Of a DNA stretch of 35,762 nucleotides, positions 19,453-30,600 are shown in pieces (position 1 is the first letter of the stretch; every line of letters begins with the position of its first letter). The DNA lies in the NCBI GenBank assembly GCA_001179505.1, contig CDMY01000657.1, forward strand, positions 1 to 35,762. The letters are read 5' to 3'. Under the pieces are notes generated by a model, which was given only the letters and a program-made list of their open reading frames with translations, was not told the DNA's origin and made no database searches. This DNA comes from Vitrella brassicaformis CCMP3155 (Eukaryota > Protista > Chromerida). The position numbers were made by a program, and so were the translations under genes.

Positions 19453-22400
19453 ATGACAGGTGATGGGTGCTGGCCGCGGCCACTCGGTCCTCCGTCGACT
19501 ATTGAAGACATTCGTGGTCTTCTTGACCGCATCTCCAATGGCCGGGCTGAGCGGGAGATAATAGTGGATTCGGGATGGCTGGCCCACAAACAGCTGTTCA
19601 AAAGGCTAGTGGAACTCATCCAAGCCCAGCACTGCACTCCAAGGCGGCTGACGGTGGCTGATGCAGCATTTGCAGTGGCTCAGCTGCCGGTGCTTTGTGC
19701 GGCATCTCCGCTGCCGGAGGCCCTCGTGCTCAAGAGCATCGGGAATCTGTCCACCAACAAGAAACTGCAGGGTGAGATGCAAGATCACCGACACGTTGAA
19801 ATAGGGACAATTCTGTGTGTTGCAGAACAACTCCTGTCGACGTTCCAGGGCCTCTCTCTGACGGAGCTGGGTAAGTACGCCTGTACGAGTGGGATGACCG
19901 TGCCAATCCCCTCTGTTGATGGCCGTGCCCATTCCCTCTGTTGGTAATGTGTGCAGGCCTTGTGGACTGTGGTGTGGACGATGAGTGCTTGAAGACACTA
20001 GCGGGGCCCCTGGCCGCAATGCCCTCCCTCAATCGCCTCAATGTCAAGGTGATTGAGGGAGAAGCACTGCAAAACACCCCCAGCATTGGGCCAAAAACAG
20101 TACCACACATGGATGGATTGATGACGTTCATGTTCTCTGTTCTCTGTACACCAGGGCAACTCCCTGACGTCTGAGGGTGGTGCGAAGGCTCTCTACGAGC
20201 TGGTCTCTGCCCGCCGCTCTTCTTCGGCTTTCACCCATCTGGCGCTGGGGCGAAATCGCTGGACACTGGAGAGCCTCAGACGCACCCTGACGCACTGCAG
20301 GAACACACTGGGTGAGAGCCCCCTACGGGGCACCCTCCCCCTGATATTCTTTGTTGTCGTGACTGTGTTTCAGTGGCATTGGACATCAGTGAGCTGTACG
20401 TAGGTCCCCGGGACTCCTCTATCGTAGCACAGGTGCGCACGGCATCCACCACACAATGATGATGATTTGGTGAGGGATCGCCTTTTTTCCTGTTTTTGTC
20501 AGCTGTGTCGGCTTCAGCAGCTCCGTGTGTGCAAGTGCGGCATCACCAGCGCACGGGACATGCAGAAGCTGCTCTCGCCTATCGCACCCACGCTCACACA
20601 CCTCGGTACACACCAACAATCGCGCAGGGAACACACACACGCACTGCACTGCTCCATTGCTTGGCATTTGTGTGTTGCAGACGTTTCTGAGAATGCGATA
20701 GGTGACAGTGGTGTTGAGCACATCGCACACTCCTTCGGCAAGGCAGCAAGGTCAGAGTTGCTGCACTCCCCGGAGTGCACGAGCGGAGGTCACATCGCAT
20801 CAATCTTGCGCCTCTGCCCGCCTGCAGTGACGGCATGTGTGTTCTGCAATACATCGACATCTCTAGAGTGGACCTGTCGGCACACGGTCAGCAGAAACAC
20901 GACAGCAAGGAGAAGTGTTCACACGGGAGTGTGTGTTGAATGTTGTGTCTTCAGGCGCTCGCGTGGTGTGTCATCTGATTGAGACCGCCCCGCTGCTGGA
21001 GAGCATCCACATGGACGGCATCATTTCATCTCAGACGCACACGACACTGGGTGGGGGAAAACGGGAAGCAAGCGTAAAGGTTTCTTCACTGACTGGTCAC
21101 ACCCTGTCCATGTTGACACAGGCCATGCTGCCATGTCTCGGGCGGAGGAGCACAACCTAGCGAAGGAGCTGGTCGGCGCCCTCGAGCAGCCCAGCTGTCG
21201 CATCACCGACCTGACGGGTGTCAACCTCTCTCTCGGCATGCCAGAGGGTGAGAAACAAAGGAGAGAGAGGACATGAAGACTGTGACGAATGGGCCTTATT
21301 CGCTGAATGGACCTTGTGTGCTCCGTCAGGGACGGTCGAAGCCTCTGCTGGCAACAACGCTGCAGTCATCCAAGTGCTGAGAGGAGGCGTCGATGCACCC
21401 ATGGACGACGCTGCTGCCGCTGCCGCGGCTCCACCGCCGCCCCTCTGCGTTTTCCAGTTCCCCCAGGACGCCATGATGATGGAGGACGAGCCAGCACCCC
21501 CACCGGCACCTGCATTCCGCGAACCCGTCTTCGCCCGGAAGGAGCAGAGAGGGACGGGGGCGAGTGGGGCGGCGGGGGACGTGTCTCTGCTGCGGTGTTT
21601 GTTCGACAGCCCGCGGTTGACGGGCACGTCAGGGCTGATTCGTCTGCTGCAGGGGCCAGTCGAGCACCAACTCTTGGCATTCAAGGTGATTGATTGATGA
21701 GACAGGGATACAGGGAAATATACACAATTTACACAACTGGCCTGGTGCATGACTATGTCCCTCTCCTTGTGCAGCTCATCCTCCAGCATGCGTGTCCGGT
21801 GACCCACAACGATATCGAGATGCTGATGCAACTGCAGGCCAACCACAACCTCTCCCAAGACTTTAGATACCTCCTCGGTCCCACCAGACTTTAGATATAT
21901 CCTCTCCCACAGCCTTACATGCAGTGCTGGTGGGACTTGTTCTTTGTTTCCGCTTTGTGGCTCAGACACAGTCATGGAGGAGCTGCCGCTGCGCAACCAC
22001 ACACTCAAATACATGGCAAGTGACACTCAGCCAGATGAATGGACAGCCAAATGTGCGTGGTACGGCTGAGATCGTGTGTATGCATGCTGTGTCGACTCTC
22101 AGAGGAACAACTCGCTCGACTTTGATGATTCCATTACCGATGGCCAGCCATTCTATGACGCAGGACCGAATGCAAAGGTAAACGTGGCCTGCGACGTTTA
22201 CCTGCCTACCCATTGCCTACCAATCCTCTGATCTCTCTGGTTGGTGATGCATGCAGGGGTTGAGCGCTCTCGACTACCGCCTCGAGTGGCTGAGGCGCCA
22301 TGGCCGTCTGCCCCACAACCCCCCGCCACAGCCGGCTCGCCAACCCAGCACACCCGAGAGGCGCCCTCGAGCTCCTCCACCGGCCCTCCAGGAGTCGCCT

Positions 22401-25274
22401 TTCCGTGCGATGGCGATCAAGTACCCCCTTCACTTCGAAGATGGACCGCAGCGGGTAGAGGGGGCGGATTGTGACGACGGCGCAGACGACCTGATGGGAG
22501 TGGACATCTGCAGGTGCGTGGCGGCAGGAGAGTGGGAGCCTGGGCAGGTGTGTCAGTGCCGTGAGACTGTCATCGTCGACCCCCAGACAGATGAGGGCCT
22601 GCGACAGTGCATCTCACACGTCACCCAGCAGCGGGAGGAGGCCAACGGGCTGACAGACGAGGAGTTCGTTTCAGAGCTGCAGGACTACGTCCAGTCCACC
22701 ATCATGTGGGACACAGGCCAAGGCGGCGGTGGCAGGGGCGGCCGGCGGGGATCTGCACGCTACACACTATCAGCTGCGGAGTTGGCCGCGGACAGGAATG
22801 GGCTGGTCAAGATAGGCGACATCAACAGGGGACGATCGCGGCACCGAGCCCTCCTCTTCAAGGTCTGTCAGTTGGGGGGAAAGAGGCTCACCTGCAGCGA
22901 CCGATGTGCGTCCTGGAGCGACCGAAGTGCGTCCCTCTCTCTCTTTGTCTCTCCAGGCTCTGTGTGACGCGTGTTCCATCCCCTGTCGGCTTGTGCGTCC
23001 CCTTTCGCAGTCATCCTCGTCTGCAGGGCCCTCCCGGCCGTCCCAGGACAACGAGCCCACCAGTGACGAGGACGAAATGGTGTATAACGTCGTCATGTGA
23101 GAACAAGACTCCTGCATTTCTGCAAGTGCCTGGCTGCACTTCCAATACATTGATTGTGTCAGGTTTGGTGTGGACTATGGCCACGCTGGAGACTCCAGAG
23201 ACGGTCACGTGGAACGCATGATGTATGCATGAATGCTACACGCCTCGCTCTCACGCATGAGATTGGTGCTGCCTTCCTTCCTTCCTCAGGCCTGTATTCT
23301 GGGCGCCCCCTGGTCCGGCAGAGTCGGCCTCATACGCCGCCCCGGCCGCCCCAGCCCGCGCCGCCCGCCGGCGGAGTCAGATGGAGATGGTGTCCAACAC
23401 GTGTGCCATGTCGCTGCCCCGCAACCTGAGGCAGACGCTTGAGGCCTTCTACTTCTCGCTCAACCGTCGCTCGCCCGACCATCGCGAGGTTGTCGACTTG
23501 GATGACTACTTCGCCTTCGTCGAGCAACTCGGCAAGGTCATTCATAGGCAGCCACGCAGCGAGGCAACCAACAAATCCGTTTCTTCTCGTCTTGACTTGC
23601 CGTCGATCAGGGTATGTTTGGGGAGGTGTGGCGTGTGCGGCTGCGGCGAGAGGGCGATGACACACTTGAGGGCGGGGGACCGAGGGCCAGGAAGGGGCGG
23701 GGTGGCAAGAGGGACGGCGGTTTGGAGCTGGCACTCAAACTCATAGAGATGAGGAGCGACAATGTGCCAGAGGCCGAGATCATGAGGTTAACGTCGTACC
23801 ACCAGCAGCAGCACTGCCCGGGAACATCAGGCGTCATCCCTTCCGTGTGTGGGTGCGGGTGTGTTCTGTCTGCAGGGCCTACAACCATCCTCGCATCGTG
23901 CGTCTGTTAGCTGTATTCGTCGGGCGACAGGTGAGGAAGCTCGCTGAGTGGCAAGCACGCTGTCTCTCAAGCAGCCCTGATGTGATGTCTACAGAGCCTC
24001 GAGGGCCGCAACCGTGTGCAGACCCATGTGCAGTCACTGTGTCTGCTGATGGAGCTGTGTGACGGGTCGCTCGAAGGCCTGATCGAGCCGCCCAGAGAGA
24101 GAGACAGAGACCAGGCGGCCCTCATGGACCTCGACACAATCAGGAAGGTGCTCCTCGACACCGCCAGGTATGACGCCTGTACATGATGCCATATATTGGC
24201 CATTTCACCCCTGGGTGTCCTGTTTGTTATCCATGCTTGTGATGTGCAGGGCCATGGCCTATCTGCACCATCCCTCGTCGTCCAAGCCGCACCTGCTGCA
24301 TCGAGACATCAAGCCGGCCAACATCCTCCTCAAGGACGGCCGGGCACTGCTGTCGGACTTTGGGTACACACATCCAAACAGGAAATCGGACAACTGCCGG
24401 TCTTTCCTGGCATGACTCTCTGTGAGTGTGTGTGTGTGTGTGTGTGTCTCAGCATTGCTCGGGCGGCGGTCAATCTGCACCTCGACGCCAACATGACGAG
24501 AAGTGGGACAAACGGATGAATGGATGACATACTCGACGATGGATGGATGGATGGATGTGTGTTCCTTTGGATGGTGTGCCAGGTCCAGGCACCGAGGGAT
24601 ACATTGCGCCCGTGAGGACCGATAGACATTATGCAAGAAGAAGCTTAGCTTCGTCCTGTGCTCGTGTCGTATCTTTAGGAGCAGAGGGGCAGAACGTATG
24701 AGCGCCCAATCGACGTGTGGGCGTTCGGCGTCACCATCGGTGCGCACCTGCATATAGCCATGTCTCCCGCCCGATCGATCAATGGCTGCAAGGGATGTCT
24801 CTGTCTGTCTGTGTGCGTGTGGCAGCTCGAATGTTGGGCGTGCAGAGCTGGAAAGGGTTCGCTGAGCGTCTGCCCGCAGCAGAAGAGTTCCAGACCACGG
24901 TATCATGAATCTGCCGGTGTCTTGTCAGATGGTATTTGTCTATCTGTTCCTTCTGCTGTTCTTGGTCTGTGGAAATCAGGATCCGTTTCTGAAGAGTTTG
25001 GCCATCAATTGTCTCGAGAAGGAGCCACTGCTGCGCCCCACATTCACAGACATCGTCAGGTGACTCCGTGACTGACGCAACAGACGAACACATGTGTCAG
25101 GGTGCGCCTGCATGCGATGAATGGTCTTGTGCCATGTGCAGGGACCTGCTGGATGAAATATTCCGCGTGTCGCTCGAGAGACTGGGTGCTGCCCTGCCGC
25201 CCGATGCCCCTCTCGCCGTTTGTGACGGCGACGTCCATGATCTGCGCAGAAAGAGGAAGCGGAACACTCCATGA
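19453..25274 (+). CDS. RNI-like LRR + EDR1/CTR1-type domain + Ser/Thr (TKL/Raf-like) protein kinase
   Basis: About 25 exons. LRRs: LGLVDCGVDDECLKTL, LNVKGNSLT, LDVSENAIGDSGVEHI, IDISRVDL. EDR1-like: [59 protein letters not shown]. Kinase: LGKGMFGEV, ALK, HPRIV, MELC, HRDIKPANILL, DFG, GTEGYIAPE, DVWAFG, CLEKEPLLRPTF. Basic C-terminus RRKRKR. Confidence 0.85.
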
Positions 25275-25637
25275 CGGATGGCCGATGAGCACATCATGCA
25301 TACATGTGTGGGGGTGGGCTGGGGCCATGATGCGGCCTATTTGTTGACAAGATTGCTTCGGGACAAATGCGATTCGCGCTCAATGACGCCCCCTGGGTAC
25401 GTACCAGCAGATGCGCCTCGGGACAGAGAGGAAATGCATGAATGGATGGATGTTTCCGCAAGAATAACACAGATGATGGAGATCTCATAGCCAACGAGAT
25501 GATTTATGGACTCAGAATGGCCAGACTAGAGGGAGGCACAGCACACATGAGATGGGTTTCACGAATGGATCTGCGATCTAAGCGAGCACAGAAGAAGCAA
25601 CCACACCCTCATCAGAGGGCAGGGCTCTTGGTGGAGG

Positions 25638-26789
25638 ATGATGCAATCTGCTGCTCCTTTGTCAGGTTGCATTCTTGCTTTGGCTTGTCTGCACAACTTG
25701 CTGCTGTTACCTTCAGACGCCGCGCCCTCATTCATCCCCTGCCCTCCACATCCATCCCCATCCTCTGCCCGCCTGTCACCTCGTCACTCGCGTTTCCTTC
25801 CATCGTCTTTCACCTCCCGCAACCGCAGAGCCCATCAACCATCCCCTGTCCGGCGGCATCGTTGTTTCCTGCGGCGAGGCCAGCTGACTGCGCTCTTCTC
25901 TGGGATAGTGGAGGAGATGGGGACGGTGCTGTCCGCGGAAAAGGACAAGGAGATGACGCTTTGGGACGGCACGAGTGGACGAGGGGTGGAGCTGACCATC
26001 GAGGCCTCCGAGGGCACTCTTGAGGACTGCTATGTCGGGTGCAGCATGGCCGTCAACGGGGTGTGCCTCACCGTGACGGAGCTCGACAAGGGAGAGGGCG
26101 AGGGGCGGGGCACATTCACTGTCGGCGTGGCGCCTGAAACGCTGCGGCGGACGAATCTGGATGACGTCAGTGCTGGGAATGCAGTCAACCTGGAGAGGAG
26201 TCTACCCGCCGACGGCAGATGCAGCGGACACTTTGTGCAGGTAGGGGCCGGGGACGCTGTGCCTGTGTGCCTGTGCCTGTGTAATTATACTTATGTGTGT
26301 GTGTCGGCTGTTGTTGTGGCTTGCAGGGTCACGTAGACGGCACTGGAGTGGTGCTGGATCGGTGGTCTGAGGGAGAATCGCTGTGGCTCAAGATTGGACC
26401 TCCCGCTGAGGTGATGCCCTTCATTGTGGAGAAGGGCTTCATCGCCGTTGATGGCACCTCACTCACCGTCTGTGACGTCAACAGGAGTCACGACCCACAA
26501 CCTTGGTTCACTCTTATGCTCATTGCACACACCCAGCAGTGCGTGACACTGCCTACCCGGGACGTCGGCGATAGGTACGAAGCGCGAGGAGTCAGCGCAC
26601 GGTAGTCAGTCAATGCATATTCATTTGTTTGATTGGCGTATGTGTGTCTGTGTTGATCTGTCCATTCCATTCAGGGTGAATATCGAGGTCGATGTGATGG
26701 GCAAGTATGTGGCGCAGGCGGCCGGGGCTTTGATTGACCGTGTCAACGCTCTCGAGAACAAAGTGAAAGAGCTAGAAGGGCAGACGTAG
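25638..26789 (+). CDS. ribE: Riboflavin synthase (alpha chain type) with bipartite plastid-targeting leader
   Basis: Exons 25638-26240, 26327-26574, 26675-26789. Motifs: LFSGIVEEMG, GCSMAVNGVCLTV, APETLRRTNL, VNLERSL, GHFVQGHVDG, KGFIAVDGTSLTV, LIAHT, VNIEVDVMGKYV. Hydrophobic signal peptide followed by an R/S/P-rich transit-like segment. Confidence 0.95.
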
Positions 26790-27096
26790 GCATCGTAGAG
26801 TTGTGCAGCTGTGTCTGTTGGAATATTGGCCCCACGTGCAGTCAACTGGTGTGTACAGAACCAGATAGATCATCTCTTGCATCGATAGTCTTCTATCGCG
26901 TTTCCACAACACACGAGTCCTGACTACACACACACACACACACCCCATCATCATCACCTACACAGTGATAAAGCGCTTACACTCACACATGCTCACTCAG
27001 TATGCCTATAAGACAGTCCCTCTTCTGCCACTTGGAAGCCACACATGATCCCTTCCATCATAGTCATCATCACACGCGGCACTGCCCCGCAAGCCC

Positions 27097-27447
27097 CTAG
27101 TCAGCCTTCTCCCTTCCCTCTTTGTCCTCCTGAGCCGCGGTACGTTCGTTGTTCATTCGCTGCGCCTCCAGCACCACATAATTGGCACTCAGCGCCATCC
27201 CAGCCCCAAGGACGAGATAGCCGCCGTACAGCAGCTGCTCCGTGGCGGTCTGCGCACGCCAGATGAGGATCAGCATGACGATTCCGATGACCACAAGCGA
27301 GGCATTCACGGTGAGGAGCACGTTGCCGACATTGTAGCCAAAGATTACATCGAACATCTCACTCCACGATGTCAGGGCATCCTGCTGCGCCTCATCCCCG
27401 GCGACATTCGACGTGCCTGCGCCAGTCGACTCCGTCTCCTCAGTCAT
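27097..27447 (-). CDS. Small two-TM membrane protein, Pkr1-like (V-ATPase assembly factor)
   Basis: Intronless ORF of 116 aa from the ATG at 27447 with two hydrophobic helices (LLTVNASLVVIGIVMLILIW; LLYGGYLVLGAGMALSANYVVLE). The layout recalls Pkr1 (..N..F..L....L..S.NW...E). Family assignment is from recall only. Confidence 0.55.
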   Translation of the reverse strand: MTEETESTGAGTSNVAGDEAQQDALTSWSEMFDVIFGYNVGNVLLTVNASLVVIGIVMLILIWRAQTATEQLLYGGYLVLGAGMALSANYVVLEAQRMNNERTAAQEDKEGREKAD

Positions 27448-27651
27448 CTTAACCACTCACCCTCAACTCGCTGCCATTCTTTGGCAGATCTCTGCAGCTC
27501 GCGTTCCGCCACTGTAAATTTTTTATGTGGCTCCCATGGAGTCGCCCTCTCTTCCCATCGTCCCACCGTCCTCCCATTTTAGAACTTCAATCTTACACAC
27601 GTGTGCAGTCGATACACGCATGAGGTACGCATCACCGTACGAGCCCCACAT

Positions 27652-30600
27652 TCACTTTTTCTTGCCCTTCTGCGGCTCAGGTGGTCCTGCTGCACGCCTA
27701 ATCGGCCTGCCCTCCTCATCCAACTCGTACGCTGCACGCATACATGCTCATGAGGACAGACCAAGGTGCATGCGCAGGGAACATCCGCGCCCACCGTAGA
27801 GCTTGACATGGTCTGGCTTGTCCATAGTATAAGAGTGTTGCCCGTTTAGAGAGAAGTCCACTCGGCATGTCCATGGCGATTCGCCGCAGTCGGTGAGGTC
27901 GTCGCGGCCAACGCATGGAGTCACGAACTGACACACATTCGCCCACACACACGCATGCACAAGTCCATCACATGAGTGCCAGGCAAGATGGCTTACCTCG
28001 AGCCACTTGTCTTCTGCTGGAGGCGTCTCGTCCTCAGCCTCGTCATTCTCTGCGGGCACCGGGGCTCCCTCATCCACTCGGCAGTGGCATGTGGCCCTGA
28101 CCGAAGCCACGTGACCGATCTCCTCCTCTTCCCCCTCGGAAGCCTCTTGCGGCTACATGTAATCGATCAAACACACATGGGGGCAGGCCCATTTCCGCTC
28201 CCCCATCGTAGGTACCTTTATGAATGAGAACTTGACCGCGGCAAAGTCCGAAGGCAGCAGCTCACTGACGAACAGCCTCATAGTGGTGTCTCCGTCGAGC
28301 GTGCAGCGGTCGGCAGTCACCTCGAGCAGCTGCTGCGCATTCGACTCATCTGTCGCGTTGGGGTTGTCGACAAGTGAGCAGAGCTTGGTGCACTCAAGGG
28401 GCGGGTGGAAGGTGAAGACTAGGCGGTCATTTGTAAAGGATTGGCCATTGAAGGATACTTCCAACGTCAGCTGAGACATATCCATGTTGAATCAAAAAAA
28501 GGGTGAAGAATGGGTATTAACTGTATGAATGATCTGTTGGTACACGCACCTGTGTGATGTTGTCAGCTGGACGCTTGACGTTGCATCGGATGCCCCCCCT
28601 GGCTTGGTCCATCTCGGCCCCCACGGGGTAGGGAGGGCCGCTGGTGGATGTGTCTGGCGAGACGGGTGCCGCCCGCACGGCCAGCACTTCACTGCTGAAC
28701 ACAGCTGAAGGCTTCATCAGCACTGACGTCGCCTGCAAAGTTGATGGAGACATGTATCCATGCACTTAGCTCGCCGGTCGAACCGGGTTGAGCCACCTGA
28801 TCAATCGGTCCCAGGTTGGGCACTATCGCGACCAGGTGTGCATCGTGTATCAGCAACGGAAAAGGGCTCCCGGAGAACGATTGCCCTGAGTCATGTCAAT
28901 CGAGAGAAGAGACAACACACAGACTTCGTTCTACGCCGAGAAGTCGGCTGCTTTGTGTTTGTTCATTCACCATCCAAGGCGACGTCACACATGGCCTGTA
29001 TTGTTCCGCATGGCAGTGGGAGGCCTCTCAGGTCAGGGGAGAGGAAACGGACAGCTGGCGACGGCCCACGATATACAAACTGACCTGAAGGATACATAGA
29101 CGAGTTAGACAGGTCTGTGAGGATGTACGGACACATACCAGTGACGAGAACACTTTGTGTGATGGGCTGTGGCTGTGCATCGGCCGTGGCCGCTCCATCA
29201 GAGTCATCCGCTGCTGGCAAAGAAGCAGCAGGGGCACGGTGTGGGCGTGTAGGATGATTGATGCATGAGGTGGATGCACGCATACGTGTGAATATGAGTG
29301 TCAGCCTGACGACAGTGTCTGTGGTCGGAAGGCCTTTCGGGAGCGAGTCCACAATCACGAAGACCTCCTCACCACCTGCACAAACACCCAGCCACGATGC
29401 GAAAGACAGATATCTTGGGGAGCAGCAGATTTCACACGCACCGCACCCTTGACATTGCAGTTGGATGGCTCCAGCCGGTCCATCAAGACGGGCAGAGTGC
29501 ACGCAAAGAACAGGCACGAGTTGGAGGTAGTCGCCGTCCATGTGTCTCCCCCATCGGGGCTCACAGCACAGGTGAACCATGCCGTCAGCCCCGGGGGAGA
29601 CACATGGAAGCCCTCTCTGTCCTGTTGTCCATCATCACCGTCCACTTTGACGGCTGTACCATCCTCGTTTTGATGGGCCTCATCGGGCCAGCATGGTGGC
29701 GCCTTCCACAGAAGCGGCACCGTCACCTCCACCCACTGGCCCTCCTCGCTCGTCTCATCTGAAGGCAGCAGCAGGCCTTCCAACTCACAGTGATCCACAA
29801 CTTCGCCCCAGTTCGACAGCTCCAGGCTGTCATTGGTCGCGATCAGGTTTGGCCTCAGGGCGTCCTGCCGGGTCGGGATGGGCTGCACGTCAGACGAGAG
29901 ACATGCGAACCGCACTCTCACAGGGACCCCACCCTCATCTTGTCCATCTGCATTCGTCAGATGGCCGCCCTCCGCAGCGGCTGTCCTGAACCCCATGACC
30001 TGGATGCGCAGCTTCTTGCCGCCGTTGGTGCCCAGCAGCGGCACTATCCGTGGCTCAACACGCGTCACACTTGCAGGGGAGAAGAGGACAATGTGGTGGT
30101 CACTGCAGGCGATGCGAGTGAATGCGGGGCAGGGTCTGCAGAACTCCACGAGAGGATGGGGCTGTTTGTTGGAGTGCTGAGGGATGGCCGATGCGTCAGG
30201 GGTGCGGCGGGACGGCCGGACGCCACTGCCGGATGTGGTCGCCCGATCGGGGGTCTTGCGCCACTCGGGACAGTCAAGCACCACTGAGACAGACACATGG
30301 AGAAACACCAAAAGGAGATACATATTTGTGTGCTTTTTTCTGCCACGCTTCCGCTCACCTGGGCACAGTACAGTCCCCTTTAACGGATCCCCTGTATCCT
30401 TCCCGCGTGGTAGATCCCTCAAATGGATTCTCCTGATCTCTCGCAGCTCCTCATCGTTTGCCCCCTCCTGCGGCATCTCTCCGTCGCCGGTGGCATTCTC
30501 TCGCCCCTCGCGTGAGGCCGCCATCTTCCTGAACGCGTCACGGTTCGATATGTGTGCGAGGGCATCGAACCTCTCCCGAACTTTGCCCACACCAGCCAGC

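Noticed and set aside
25442-26023. 193-codon ORF overlapping the riboflavin synthase leader in another frame
   Set aside because: It has no recognisable motif, and long shadow ORFs are common in this GC-rich sequence.
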